A DNA stretch of 64,000 nucleotides. Source: Candidatus Methylacidiphilales bacterium. GTDB taxonomy: Bacteria; Verrucomicrobiota; Verrucomicrobiia; Methylacidiphilales; JAAUTS01. The translations under genes were made by a program, and so were the position numbers. The stretch covers positions 2,360-66,359 of the forward strand of contig JAQTNW010000015.1 in assembly GCA_028713655.1 (NCBI GenBank), in the 5' to 3' direction. Under the pieces are notes generated by a model. The model ran no database searches and had not been told where the DNA came from. It saw only the letters and a list, made by a program, of their open reading frames with translations. Shown here in pieces: positions 26,483 through 36,253 of the stretch. Numbering within the stretch: the stretch's first letter is position 1; the number at the start of each line of letters is the position of its first letter.

Positions 26483-27430
26483 ATGATGAGAATAGTCTAT
26501 ATCGGCACGGGAGAAATCGGAGTGCCGTCTCTCAGGGCAATGATCGAGGATGGCTCGTGCCGGGTTGTGGGCGTGTTGACCCAGCCCGACCGCCCGTCCG
26601 GCCGCCAGATGAAACCTGCGCCATCGCCTGTCAAGCAGCTTGCATTTGAAGAGCATCTCAGCATTTACCAGCCGGAAAATATCAATTCGCCCGGGGCCCT
26701 CCAACAACTGGCGTATCTCAAGCCGGACCTGCTTGTCGTTTGCGCCTATGGACAAATTTTAAGGACCAGCGTGCTGGAACTCCCCAAACTGGGTTGTTTG
26801 AATATTCATGCCTCGCTCCTGCCGAAATACCGTGGATCGTCCTGCATCCAGGCCGCCATCCGAAGCGGAGACCGTAAAACAGGCCTGACAATCATGTGGA
26901 TGAACGCCGGCCTCGATACCGGCGATATTCTTTTGCAGGAACCGGTCCGCATCCGCAGCCGGGACACCGCCGGGACCTTGCACGACAAATTGGCGGAATT
27001 GGCGCCCAAGGCTTTGTTGGAAGCGCTGGCTCTGATCCGCGCCGGCAAAGCGCCCAGGATTCCGCAGAATCTGCAGGAGGCGACCTACGCGGGAAAATTG
27101 AAAAAGGAGGATGGGCATATCGATTGGAACCAGCCGCAAATCCAGATTCACCGGCATATTCGCGCCATGGATCCCTGGCCTTCCGCCTATTCATTTTTGG
27201 AAGAAAAGGATGGCGGGAAGAAGATGCTCAAGATTTATAAAACAATCATCTCAAGGCATGCCAAGGGCAGTCCTGGCGCCGTGTTGCGGATCGATGATCA
27301 CGGGGTGCTGGTGGCTGCCGCGAAAGGCGGGTTGCTTCTCCGGGAAGTACAATTGGAGGGACGCAAACGCATGCATGCAGCCGAATTTGCCCGCGGTTAC
27401 CGGTTGGAAACAGGTGCGATGCTCGGGTAA
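26483..27430 (+). CDS. fmt: Methionyl-tRNA formyltransferase
   Basis: Trimmed to MMRIVYIGTGEIGVPSL. HASLLPKYRGSSCIQAAI formyltransferase motif. Confidence 0.9.
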   Translation: MMRIVYIGTGEIGVPSLRAMIEDGSCRVVGVLTQPDRPSGRQMKPAPSPVKQLAFEEHLSIYQPENINSPGALQQLAYLKPDLLVVCAYGQILRTSVLELPKLGCLNIHASLLPKYRGSSCIQAAIRSGDRKTGLTIMWMNAGLDTGDILLQEPVRIRSRDTAGTLHDKLAELAPKALLEALALIRAGKAPRIPQNLQEATYAGKLKKEDGHIDWNQPQIQIHRHIRAMDPWPSAYSFLEEKDGGKKMLKIYKTIISRHAKGSPGAVLRIDDHGVLVAAAKGGLLLREVQLEGRKRMHAAEFARGYRLETGAMLG

Positions 27431-27473
27431 ATTTCGGTTTGTCGAATTCCCTCGGGTCGCGTAAGCATGCGGT

Positions 27474-27815
27474 ATGAATAAATCATTTTTCAGCTTGTTG
27501 TGTGCGGCTTGCTGCTCCGTTGCCTTTGGCTTTGCAGGCTGTGCCAATGGCGGATACAACGGCCCGGTCTATAATTGCTATCTGACCGAAGATGAGCCTC
27601 TGTTGGAAAAGGGTCCATCCCAACAAACACCAGCCGATACCACTTTGTCTTCGGGCACGCGGGTCCGTGTTGTGAGTGGCGGCGGAGCGTATATGCTGGT
27701 TGAAACCGTGAGCGGAAAACAGGGTTGGGTGCCAACCTCGGCGGTTAAAATGCAGGAGGACAGTTCACCCGACACTGCGCCAACAGGGGCTTTTGGTTCC
27801 CATTCCGGATGGTAG
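27474..27815 (+). CDS. Small lipoprotein with a bacterial SH3-like domain
   Basis: 113 aa. Lipobox FGFAGC. GTRVRVVSGGGAYMLVETVSGKQGWVPTSAV resembles SH3b. Confidence 0.55.
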   Translation: MNKSFFSLLCAACCSVAFGFAGCANGGYNGPVYNCYLTEDEPLLEKGPSQQTPADTTLSSGTRVRVVSGGGAYMLVETVSGKQGWVPTSAVKMQEDSSPDTAPTGAFGSHSGW

Positions 27816-27823
27816 CCCTTCTG

Positions 27824-27857
27824 ATTTACCGCAGAGACACAGAGGGCGCAGAGAGGG
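27824..27857 (+). repeat. Word-array repeat (ATTTACC leader plus C[GA]CAGAG words x3)
   Basis: atttaccgcagagacacagagggcgcagagaggg. A reverse-type array lies at 27870-27900. Confidence 0.8.
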
Positions 27858-28005
27858 AAAATCGTTCCTGGTTCTTTGTGTCTTTTGCGTTCATTCGCGG
27901 CCAATCCCATTCCGGTTTTAAGAATTCCACATTCTGCATTCTTCCTTTTCCCTCCGCGTTCTCCGCGAACTTTCTGTAAAATAGTTTCCCAGGTGTCTTG
28001 GTGGT

Positions 28006-28818
28006 TCAATTCAATCGAAAGAATTTTTCCGCGGTCTTTCCCGTCGTTTCAATGATCTGTTCGAACGCTTCGTTGCGCAGCTTGGCGATGGTTTCCGCGA
28101 CAATCCGCACATGGGCGGGCTCGCATCGTTTGCCCCGGTGTGGAACCGGGGCGAGGTAGGGGCAGTCCGTCTCAACCATGAACGATCCTTCCGGCAACGC
28201 GCGTATGCAGTCGCGCACCGGTTCTGCGTTTTTGAATGTCACAATGCCGGTAAACGAAACCAGGTGGCCGTTGTCGAGGAGGCGCCTGGCTTGCTCCGCG
28301 CTGCCGCCAAAGCAATGGAACACGGTCCGCAGCGAACCGTGATAGGGAACCAATAATTCCAGCAAATCGTCCCAACTCGCGCGTTGGTGGATGACCACGC
28401 CCAGCCCGTGTTTTTTTGCCAGATCGAGTTGCTGGATCAGAAAATGTTTCTGGCGTTCCTTCCAGGACGCAAGCCGTTTTTGGTAAGCGGAGCTTTCCTC
28501 GCCATCGGCCTGCGGCGGTGGCCGGTAATAATCCAATCCGCATTCGCCGAGCGCCGCCACCTTGGGATGGGACAGCAGCCGGTCCAATTCAACAGCAAAA
28601 TTTTCCGGTTCCTCCTCAACATTGCAGGGATGAATTCCAACAGCGGCAAAAATATTTTCATGCTTCTCAGCCAGGGCGACGGCGCGGCGGCTGGATTCGA
28701 GCCCGGTTCCGATGTTGATGATGCGTTCCACGTCGGCCTGGCGGGCCCGCAGGATGACATCATCGAGGTCGGAATCGAAATCGCTGAAATCCAAATGCGC
28801 GTGGGTGTCGATGAGCAT
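28006..28818 (-). CDS. tatD: TatD-family metal-dependent hydrolase
   Basis: 270 aa. MLIDTHAHLDF, GECGLDY, HCF and ETDCPYL motifs. Confidence 0.9.
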   Translation of the reverse strand: MLIDTHAHLDFSDFDSDLDDVILRARQADVERIINIGTGLESSRRAVALAEKHENIFAAVGIHPCNVEEEPENFAVELDRLLSHPKVAALGECGLDYYRPPPQADGEESSAYQKRLASWKERQKHFLIQQLDLAKKHGLGVVIHQRASWDDLLELLVPYHGSLRTVFHCFGGSAEQARRLLDNGHLVSFTGIVTFKNAEPVRDCIRALPEGSFMVETDCPYLAPVPHRGKRCEPAHVRIVAETIAKLRNEAFEQIIETTGKTAEKFFRLN

Positions 28819-28836
28819 GAGGGGGCGGAGAGGATC

Positions 28837-29250
28837 TCAGCCGGGCTGCAGGTGTCGGATCTGCGCGATGACCCAGGCGTGAAGTTCCGTGAACCTGAGC
28901 ATGAGCTTTTCCTCGGACGCGGAACAGGATTGCAATTTTTGGCGCCAGTCTTTGAGTTCGCCTGATTGGTTCGGCATGGTGGTTTGGCATTCCCCCAGAA
29001 ACAACAGGAGATTATCCAGAGCGCTGGAAAAATCCGTGGAACCGTGCTGAAGCGATCCGACCACGCTGATTTGGTTTTGAATCGAACGGAACGCGGCAAT
29101 GGGTTCAAGGTCAAGCGCCGAAACGGGAGCGACATTTGTTTTTTTCCCCGCCTTAAGCCTGCTGGCGGCCACCCATGCGAGCAGTCCCGAAATGGCGACT
29201 GCGATAACGAGGACAGTGGCGTAAACTTGGAATGGCGAAATCTGAGGCAT
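28837..29250 (-). CDS. Hypothetical single-pass membrane protein
   Basis: 137 aa. N-terminal TM VYATVLVIAVAISGLLAWVAA. Upstream of tatD on the same strand. Confidence 0.5.
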   Translation of the reverse strand: MPQISPFQVYATVLVIAVAISGLLAWVAASRLKAGKKTNVAPVSALDLEPIAAFRSIQNQISVVGSLQHGSTDFSSALDNLLLFLGECQTTMPNQSGELKDWRQKLQSCSASEEKLMLRFTELHAWVIAQIRHLQPG

Positions 29251-29359
29251 TGGCGTTACTATGCCTCAAAAATGCCGGAAGCACAAGCCTCAGTGTCCTG
29301 TTCCCCAGGACGCGAGCTCGATTCATTGACACAAGCGGAAGGGTTGCTAGTAAAAAAGC

Positions 29360-29752
29360 ATGGAATCAAAAAGCAAAATTTGGATCAAAAGTTCGAAAGC
29401 CCCCGCCGCGGTCGGGCCTTATTCACAGGGAACCCGGTACGGGGATTTGATTTTCACAGCAGGCCAGATTCCGCTGGATCCGGCCACGGGGGAATTGACC
29501 GGCAAAACCGTGGAGGAACAAACCCGGCTGGTTTTGAAAAATCTTCAGGCGGTGCTGGAGGAGGGCGGCGGTTCGTTCCAGACCGTATTGAAAGCCACGG
29601 TGTTCATGGTGAACCTGGGCGACTTCGCGGCCATGAACAAGGTTTTCACGGAATTTTTCGGAGACTCGCTTCCGGCGAGATCGACCATTCAGGTTGCGGC
29701 CCTGCCCAAAGGCGCACAGGTTGAGATCGAAGCCGTGGCATTCCGGAAATAG
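29360..29752 (+). CDS. ridA: RidA / YjgF-family reactive intermediate deaminase
   Basis: 130 aa. APAAVGPYSQG...GQIPLDP...ARSTIQVAALPKGAQVEIEA. Confidence 0.9.
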   Translation: MESKSKIWIKSSKAPAAVGPYSQGTRYGDLIFTAGQIPLDPATGELTGKTVEEQTRLVLKNLQAVLEEGGGSFQTVLKATVFMVNLGDFAAMNKVFTEFFGDSLPARSTIQVAALPKGAQVEIEAVAFRK

Positions 29753-29823
29753 GAAGATTTTTAACAGGAAGGCCGCGAGGGCCGGAAGAACAGCCTGGAA
29801 TTCAAATTTCAGGGTTTACTGAC

Positions 29824-30390
29824 ATGACATCCGAGGAATTGCTGGAAAAATTCAAGGAAACCGGCGCGTTGCTGGAAGGCCATTTCGTGCTGCGATCGGG
29901 GTTGCACAGCCGCCAGTTTTTTCAATGCGCCCATTTGCTGCAATATCCGGCGTTGTCCTCCAGGATTTGCGCCGCGCTGGCCGAAAAGGCGAAGGAAATC
30001 GAAGCCGATGAAGTGATCTCGCCGGCCATGGGCGGAATTTTGGTCGGGCACGATGTCGCCCGGCATTTGAATAAAAAACATATTTTTGCCGAGAAACACG
30101 AAGGCAGGCTGGCAGTCCGGCGCTTCGAAATCAAACCCGGGACCCGCTTTCTGGTTTGCGAAGACGTGGTGACAACCGGCAGCGCGGTGAATGAGGTTTG
30201 CCGGATTGTGCGCGGCGCCGGAGCGCAGGTGGCGGCGGTGCTGTGCATTGTGGACCGGAGCGGCGACCGGCAGCCGGATTTCGGCGCGCCCTTTGTTTCG
30301 TTGCTGAAGCTGCGGGTGGAAACATTCCCGGCGGAGCAACTGCCGCCCGATCTGAAAAAGATCCCCGCGTTCAAACCCGGGAGCAAATGA
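29824..30390 (+). CDS. pyrE: Orotate phosphoribosyltransferase
   Basis: 188 aa. GHFVLRSGLHS and the PRPP-binding loop VCEDVVTTGSA. Confidence 0.9.
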   Translation: MTSEELLEKFKETGALLEGHFVLRSGLHSRQFFQCAHLLQYPALSSRICAALAEKAKEIEADEVISPAMGGILVGHDVARHLNKKHIFAEKHEGRLAVRRFEIKPGTRFLVCEDVVTTGSAVNEVCRIVRGAGAQVAAVLCIVDRSGDRQPDFGAPFVSLLKLRVETFPAEQLPPDLKKIPAFKPGSK

Positions 30391-30395
30391 GCATT

Positions 30396-30514
30396 AACCG
30401 CGGACATGGAGTGCGGTGGCAAGCCGCTGTAACTGCGGGGTGCGACACCGCTTTGGGGCTCTTAAGCAAAGGTTGGCCGCAAAAGAGCGCAAAAGAGCGC
30501 AAAAAACGCAAAGG
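30396..30514 (+). repeat. Composite post-stop intergenic element (hairpin module ATGGAGTGCGGTGGCAAG...CGACACCGCTTTGG plus CGCAAAAG word array); homologous to 58431-58528
   Basis: Starts 6 nt after the pyrE stop. Shares block order and long identical strings with the 58431 copy. The array TTGGCCGCAAAAG..GCGCAAAAG..CGCAAA also occurs at 592-624. Confidence 0.8.
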
Positions 30515-30691
30515 AAATACATTTTTAACCGGATTGGCGCAGATAAAAAGTCAGGCCGTTTGCCTGGAAACCTCAGCGTTCTCGGCGCCTCTGCGGTGAA
30601 TTTTCAACAATAGCCTGCATATGCCCAGTACGTATCTTTCCGCTGTTACGTCCCGATGCTAACAGGTTGACCATTGAAATGAGTATGAAAT

Positions 30692-31060
30692 ATGCAGGCT
30701 AACATGAAAATCTACGAAGTCTGGGCCGGGCAGCGGCGGATGCTGGCGCGTTGCGAGTGCGGCGCCGGATTTGGGTTTCGTTCCAAAGGCCTGCTGGGAA
30801 GGAAGAGCCTGCCGGAAGACGAGGGCATCCTTCTCTTGCACTGCAACAGCATCCACATGTTCTTTATGAAGTTTCCAATCGATGCCGTCTTTCTGGACAA
30901 ACAAAACCGCGTGATCCGGATTGTTCACGGGATCAAGCCCTGGCGGATTTCATCCCTTATTTGGAAGGCGTCTTCCACACTCGAAACAGCGGCCGGCATT
31001 TGCTCCAAATTCGGCCTGAAAGAGGGCGATGTCCTGGAATTCAGAATGCTGCCAGCTTAA
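30692..31060 (+). CDS. DUF192-domain protein
   Basis: 122 aa. GLLGRKSLPEDEGILLLHCNSIHMFFMKFPIDAVFLD pattern of DUF192. Confidence 0.75.
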   Translation: MQANMKIYEVWAGQRRMLARCECGAGFGFRSKGLLGRKSLPEDEGILLLHCNSIHMFFMKFPIDAVFLDKQNRVIRIVHGIKPWRISSLIWKASSTLETAAGICSKFGLKEGDVLEFRMLPA

Positions 31061-31365
31061 AACATGAAAACTGGCGCAAGCTGCATTCATCCCCCTGAAA
31101 AGGGGGAAGACAAGGGGGTTTTCTGTCTTATTTCTGTAGCAACGACAAAAACGGTGTCGCGTCCGGCGGCTGCCGGACTTGCCACCGGACTCCATATCAC
31201 TTCATGTCGCACATTCGAGTTCGTCGGCAAAGTGTAGCGGCGGCGGTGCTTCTTATCCGTGGTAAAAACAATTTTAATGCGTAAGGTTGACCGATGCTGG
31301 ATCTGTCTCGACATCCGAAGGCTGCCGGGGGGAGGATGTGCATTTGTTTCCAATAATCAAAGCAG

Positions 31366-33156
31366 GTGAACGGTTTGAATGCGCCGCACGATAAAGACGG
31401 AAAAAATCCGTCGAAATTCTGGAGCCTGCTTGCTCCGTACCTGCGGCCTTATCGCAAATGGATTGTGTTGTCGATCGCATTGAATGCCTTCCACGGCATC
31501 GCAATTTCCTTCCAGTTCCTGTTCCCGAAATATCTGATTGATGACGTGCTTCCCGCCGGGCAGGTCCCCAACGGCCATCCTTATCACAAGCTGGCGCTAT
31601 TGCTCGCCGCTTATCTGGTTGCGTCGATCCTGTGCCGGATGCTGGCCTGGCACATTGGCTACCGTATTTTCACCTGGGTGCGCGAAAATGTGATCCTGAA
31701 AATCCGCGCGAATTTCTTCCGCCACATCAACGGCCTTTGCCTGCGCTTTCACGGAAAATACAACAGCGGCGAGCTGTTTAGCTACCTCTTCGGTTCTCCG
31801 CTGTCCCAGGTGCAGCAATATCTCCAGCAGATGGCGATGAACGGTCCCGGAGCGGTCCTGACGCTCGTTTCATCGATCATCTGGGTGTTTTTCTGGGATT
31901 GGATGATGACATTGGTACTGCTCGCATCCGTGGTCGCCGGGGTGTGGCTGATGTGGCGTACGCGAAAGCGCATGCAGAAATTGCACCGGGATTTTCAATT
32001 TGTGGAGAGCAACGTAAGCGGGCATGTGGCCGATCTCATTCGGGGATCGCGCGAGATCAAGCTCTATTCAATGGAGGCGCAGGTGATGGAGGATTTCCAG
32101 CTCCAGGCCGGCGTCATCAGCCGCAAAAGCGTGGAGCGCGACGTAAAATCGCACATGTATTACATGGAAACCGAAACCGCAACCTATCTTTTCTTTGCCT
32201 TGCTGTGCAGCGTCGGCGCCTGGCGTTATTTGAATGCCGGGTTGACCCTTGGCGAACTGCAGGCCTACCTGGGCGCCTTCATTGCGCTGCAAGGCCCCAT
32301 GCAACAGCTTTTGCAAATCAGCTCCCTGCGCGGCGGAGCGCAGGCCAGCCTGGAAAGATTGAATGCCGTTCTCAACACGGTCAGTACCACCCCCGATCCC
32401 GATGGGCATGACCGGCAGGCGCCGGAACGCGGCGACATTGTTTTGCGCGACGTTCATTTTTCCTACGATCAAATACCGACGCTGAACGCCCTGAATCTCC
32501 GGATTCCGTATGGCCAGCGCCTTGCCTTGGTCGGAGCGTCGGGATCGGGCAAGAGTACGTTCGCGCAACTTCTGCTCCGCTTTTATGATCCCAACTCTGG
32601 AAGCATCGAGATCGGAGGAGTGGATATCCGGCACTGCACCGGAGCGCATCTGCGCCGGCGCTTCGGGGTGGTTCCACAGGATCCCTATTTTTTCCAGACG
32701 AACCTGCGCGACAATCTGCGGGTTGTGCGGCCGGATGCGGATGATGAGAGAATCCGGCGAGCCTGCGAACAGGCAAGCGCATGGGAGTTTATTTCCGCGA
32801 TGCCGCGCGGACTGGATACTCCGGTTGGCGAGGGCGGCACAACACTCTCCGGCGGCCAGCGCCAGCGGCTGGCGATTGCGCGTGTCCTGCTGCTGGATCC
32901 GCCCTATTTCATTTTTGACGAGGCCACAAGCGCGCTGGATACCGTGAGCGAAAAGTTGATCCAGGAATCGCTCCATCGCGCCATGGCAGGACGCACGGTT
33001 ATCTTTATCGCCCACCGCCTGGCTACGGTTAAGAATTGCGACCGGATCATAGTCCTGAACAAGGGCATTATCGCGCAGGACGGAACTTATGCCGAACTCT
33101 CAACACAGCCCGGCCATTTCCGCAACATGGTTGAGAGCGATAGTTTGCGAAGCTGA
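31366..33156 (+). CDS. ABC exporter, fused permease/ATPase (MsbA-like)
   Basis: 596 aa. Six-TM N-half, Walker A GASGSGKST, signature LSGGQRQR, Walker B FIFDEATSALD. Confidence 0.9.
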   Translation: MNGLNAPHDKDGKNPSKFWSLLAPYLRPYRKWIVLSIALNAFHGIAISFQFLFPKYLIDDVLPAGQVPNGHPYHKLALLLAAYLVASILCRMLAWHIGYRIFTWVRENVILKIRANFFRHINGLCLRFHGKYNSGELFSYLFGSPLSQVQQYLQQMAMNGPGAVLTLVSSIIWVFFWDWMMTLVLLASVVAGVWLMWRTRKRMQKLHRDFQFVESNVSGHVADLIRGSREIKLYSMEAQVMEDFQLQAGVISRKSVERDVKSHMYYMETETATYLFFALLCSVGAWRYLNAGLTLGELQAYLGAFIALQGPMQQLLQISSLRGGAQASLERLNAVLNTVSTTPDPDGHDRQAPERGDIVLRDVHFSYDQIPTLNALNLRIPYGQRLALVGASGSGKSTFAQLLLRFYDPNSGSIEIGGVDIRHCTGAHLRRRFGVVPQDPYFFQTNLRDNLRVVRPDADDERIRRACEQASAWEFISAMPRGLDTPVGEGGTTLSGGQRQRLAIARVLLLDPPYFIFDEATSALDTVSEKLIQESLHRAMAGRTVIFIAHRLATVKNCDRIIVLNKGIIAQDGTYAELSTQPGHFRNMVESDSLRS

Positions 33157-33172
33157 AAAAGGATTTCGCGCC

Positions 33173-34234
33173 TTATAACTTCACAGGCTGATTGCGCTTG
33201 TTGGACTCGAAGCACGAATCGAGAATTTTCTGGATTTCAGCGCCACGGATGAAATCGGGCTGGCCCTGCTTGTTGGCCCGGATGCTTGCGATGAAGCGCT
33301 GGTACATGTTCGGGACACGCGGCGCTTTGACATCCTTCCACTTGCATTTGTCGAGGTTGGCGCCGGAGCAAAGCCGGAATGTGTTGTCGGAGATCTCCGA
33401 GTTGAATTCAACTCCGCCCTTGGCGCCGAATATTTTCAGGGTGAGATTGTTGGCATGGCCGCCGGCCCAGCGGGTGGTGTGGATTACGCCGAGCGCGCCG
33501 TTGCCGAATTCAACATTGATCGTGGCGGAATCGTTGGCATCGAGCGTGTATTCGCCGATGCGGTTGCGCGGCGCCTTGTGGAATGCCTTGAGCCGGCAAT
33601 AGACCTTCGAAATCGGGCCAACCGGGAATGTGGCGAAGTCGAGGATGTGTACACCGACATCGCCCAGAACGCCCTTGCTGCCGTGGCGGGACGAAAGCCG
33701 CCAGAGCAAGGCGGGAGTGTTATGCCAGTCACCCCAAACCTTGCTTGCGAGCCATGCTTGCAGGTAGCTGGCTTCGACATGGCGGATTTCACCGATCTCG
33801 CCGGATTGAATTACTTTGGCAATGCCGTGAATGGCGGGCCAGTTTCGATAGGAGAAGTTGACCATGTGGATGCGGCGCGCTTTGCGGGCGGCGGCAACCA
33901 TGCGGGACGCGTCGGCGTGGTTGAGGGCCAGCGGTTTTTCGCAAAGGACATGCTTGCCCGCGCGCAGGCATTCGATGGCCAGATTGGCGTGGAAGGGATC
34001 CGGAGTGACAATGCTGACGGCATCGACTTCCACATTCTTGAGCAGATCCCCGGCCCGGGTGAAGATGCGGGGTATGTCGTGTTTTTCGGCGAAGGCCTTG
34101 ACCCGCGCGGCATCGATGTCGGCGGCGGCGACAAGTTTGCAGCCGGGAATTTTGGCGAATTCGCCGGCATGGGTATTGGCCATGCCGCCGGTGCCGATGA
34201 TGGCGATGCGTATGGTGGAGCTGCGTTTATTCAT
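33173..34234 (-). CDS. Gfo/Idh/MocA-family NAD(P)-dependent oxidoreductase
   Basis: 353 aa. Rossmann N-terminus IRIAIIGTGGMANTHA and EKPLA motif. Confidence 0.88.
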   Translation of the reverse strand: MNKRSSTIRIAIIGTGGMANTHAGEFAKIPGCKLVAAADIDAARVKAFAEKHDIPRIFTRAGDLLKNVEVDAVSIVTPDPFHANLAIECLRAGKHVLCEKPLALNHADASRMVAAARKARRIHMVNFSYRNWPAIHGIAKVIQSGEIGEIRHVEASYLQAWLASKVWGDWHNTPALLWRLSSRHGSKGVLGDVGVHILDFATFPVGPISKVYCRLKAFHKAPRNRIGEYTLDANDSATINVEFGNGALGVIHTTRWAGGHANNLTLKIFGAKGGVEFNSEISDNTFRLCSGANLDKCKWKDVKAPRVPNMYQRFIASIRANKQGQPDFIRGAEIQKILDSCFESNKRNQPVKL

Positions 34235-34270
34235 AAGTCGTCGGGAGAAAGTGAGCGCAGGATTGGTTGG

Positions 34271-35011
34271 TTAGGCTTTCCGGGATGGGATCGGTTCCAG
34301 TGCCGGGCTGTTCGGACAAATATCCGGGATATTGACAGTGGGGCGCGCCCAACGGACGGCATTGCTGATGACCTTTTGCACCATGGGATTGTGATAGGTG
34401 GGATAGGTTTCGTGGCCGGGGCGGAAATAGAAGACCCGCCCGTTGCCGCGGTACCAGGTGGCGCCGCTGCGGAAGACTTCCCCGCCGGTAAACCAGGAAA
34501 TGAAAATGAGTTCGTCCGGGGCGGGGATGCCGAAAGGTTCGCCGTACATTTCCTCGGCTTCGAGTTCAAAGTGGTCGGGCACGCCTGCGGCAATCGGATG
34601 CTGGGGCAGGATGTTCCAGAACCGTTCCTTGTCGTTGTCTTCCCGCCATTTCAGCGAGCAGGTGGTTCCCATGAGCGCCTTGAAGATTTTGGCGTAGTGG
34701 CCGGAGTGGAGGACGATCAATCCCATGCCTTCGAGGACTCGGGTTTTTACCTTGGCGACAATGGCGTCCTGGACCTCTTGATGAGCCATGTGGCCCCACC
34801 AGATGAGGACGTCGGTTTCGGCCAGGACGGCGTCCGTCAGGCCGTGTTCGGGCTCGTCCAGAGTGGCGGTGCGGACGGAAACATCGGCATGAGGGCGCAG
34901 GAAAGCGGCGATGGTTTCGTGCATGCCTTTGGGGTAATGGGCGGCCACCTTTGGGTTTTTCTTTTCGTGGCGGTATTCGTTCCAGACAGTGATGCGGATG
35001 GGGGAGTTCAT
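34271..35011 (-). CDS. ThuA-domain (trehalose-utilisation-like) protein
   Basis: ORF-track frame trimmed to ATG 35011 ([18 protein letters not shown]...). WWGHMAH and LHSGH motifs of the ThuA family. Confidence 0.8.
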   Translation of the reverse strand: MNSPIRITVWNEYRHEKKNPKVAAHYPKGMHETIAAFLRPHADVSVRTATLDEPEHGLTDAVLAETDVLIWWGHMAHQEVQDAIVAKVKTRVLEGMGLIVLHSGHYAKIFKALMGTTCSLKWREDNDKERFWNILPQHPIAAGVPDHFELEAEEMYGEPFGIPAPDELIFISWFTGGEVFRSGATWYRGNGRVFYFRPGHETYPTYHNPMVQKVISNAVRWARPTVNIPDICPNSPALEPIPSRKA

Positions 35012-35203
35012 ATTACTTTTCTGTTGGGTTGATTTATGGGTTGGACGTGCGGGTTTTCCAGCGCCTCGTATTTTGTGAGCGTATTCCGCGAACTCAAGAA
35101 CCAAACTCCGAAGGCATACCGGACCGCGTTGTTGCGCAATGGGGGATAGCCCCCGGACCTTTTGCTTGCCGCTGTGCATGGCTCGAAGCAAAGTAAAGGC
35201 CTT

Positions 35204-35578
35204 ATGTTCGAGCATCGCCACCAGAAACTGATTTCGAAACAGGAGTTCGCGCTCCGCATTTTTAAAAATCTCGTCGTTGCGCTTGCCATGATGTTCGCGG
35301 CGCTGCTGGTCGGGGTGCTGGGGTACCATCATTTCGCGAAATTTTCATGGGTTGATGCGTTCCTGGACGCGTCGATGATTCTCGGAGGCATGGGGCCTGT
35401 CGGCGAATTGCACAGTGACTCGGCGAAATTATTCGCGTCGTTTTATGCGTTGTTCAGCGGCATCTTTTTCATCGGCATCGCGGCGGTGCTGCTGGCGCCG
35501 CTGGTGCATCGCTTCATGCACCGTTTCCACCTCGAGACCGAGGAGGAAGAAAAAGGCTGCCAGCCTTTGTCAAAATAG
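35204..35578 (+). CDS. Small two-TM membrane protein (ion-channel-like, hypothetical)
   Basis: Two hydrophobic helices flanking a short re-entrant-like segment ([11 protein letters not shown]). The start was chosen at ATG 35204. Confidence 0.45.
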   Translation: MFEHRHQKLISKQEFALRIFKNLVVALAMMFAALLVGVLGYHHFAKFSWVDAFLDASMILGGMGPVGELHSDSAKLFASFYALFSGIFFIGIAAVLLAPLVHRFMHRFHLETEEEEKGCQPLSK

Positions 35579-35597
35579 GACTCCTGACCCCATCCCC
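35556..35597 (+). repeat. Left copy of a 42-bp direct repeat flanking the toxin-antitoxin cassette (partner 36180-36221, 37/42 identical)
   Basis: gctgccagcctttgtcaaaataggactcctgaccccatcccc. Includes the last 7 codons and the stop of gene 35204..35578. Confidence 0.85.
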
Positions 35598-35639
35598 CAA
35601 GACATCAACTCACGCCTGCGCTTCACAGCTTCATGCCCG

Positions 35640-35915
35640 TCACCGCTTGCTTCGACTGATTAATCCATTGTATTCCTCATGAGAACCGATCCATACCCAT
35701 TCCACACCACCGGATACTTCGCGCCCGATGGCCCGATGATGATTCCCTACTCTGACCGAAAATCTTTGCCCGGAACCATAAAGTTTCTTGAAGTCCAAGG
35801 AGGAATGCTGCGGGTTTTGCTGCCAAATCCTGTAATTTTTGAGAGCGAGGGTTTGAACATGCCTGGGCAGTTCATTGTGGCATTTCCAAAACCTGGCACT
35901 GGCTTTGGAGGTCAT
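35640..35915 (-). CDS. RelE/ParE-superfamily toxin
   Basis: 91 aa. ...NPQHSSLDFKKLYGSGQRFSVRVGNHHRAIGREVSGGVEWVWIGSHEEYN, the typical RelE/ParE C-terminal pattern. 4-nt overlap with the upstream small gene. Confidence 0.7.
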   Translation of the reverse strand: MTSKASARFWKCHNELPRHVQTLALKNYRIWQQNPQHSSLDFKKLYGSGQRFSVRVGNHHRAIGREVSGGVEWVWIGSHEEYNGLISRSKR

Positions 35916-36124
35916 TCCCGTTCCGGCCAGGGACGAAGAGCGCCCTTTTCCGCTTCTGCGTCGGCCTCAGTAAAGAGAAAATCCAGCTTGCCCGCCTTGG
36001 CATCGGCTTCAATCTGCCGGTCCCAGGCGTCTTCACGCCGATTAATCAGCCGATCCGTCAACTTCCAGAATTCAGATTCCGGCAATTCAGCTATCGCTTT
36101 TTCAATTTCTTCCACCGTGCTCAT
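35912..36124 (-). CDS. Cognate antitoxin (acidic, helical; family not assigned)
   Basis: 70 aa. MSTVEEIEKAIAELPESEFWKLTDRL..., positioned upstream of the toxin and overlapping it. Confidence 0.55.
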   Translation of the reverse strand: MSTVEEIEKAIAELPESEFWKLTDRLINRREDAWDRQIEADAKAGKLDFLFTEADAEAEKGALRPWPERE

Positions 36125-36179
36125 GGATAAACTCTATCCCGCTCCAAGAAAAAATCAAATCCAAGTAAACCCCCCGCAA

Positions 36180-36221
36180 GCTGCCAGACTTTGTCAAATT
36201 ATGGCTCCTGACTCCATCCCC
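36180..36221 (+). repeat. Right copy of the 42-bp direct repeat flanking the TA cassette
   Basis: gctgccagactttgtcaaattatggctcctgactccatcccc. Reads as a decayed duplicate of the neighbouring gene's 3-prime end (SCQTLSNYGS* versus GCQPLSK*). Confidence 0.85.
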
Positions 36222-36253
36222 TTGCATTGCATTATGGAGAGATGGACTTTTTC

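Noticed and set aside
31061-31365. Possible riboswitch or sRNA in the 305-nt leader of the ABC exporter
   Set aside because: I saw only generic hairpins (CCCCCT-GAAA-AGGGGG at 31091-31106 and GTCCGGC...GCCGGAC near 31150-31170) and no recognisable riboswitch core. The ORF 31087..31353 has no coding signature.
33455-35032. 525-aa plus-strand ORF
   Set aside because: It is antisense across two well-supported genes (the Gfo/Idh/MocA oxidoreductase and ThuA) and the gap between them. Composition is low-complexity Gly/Ala/Asp/Val. It is a shadow ORF.
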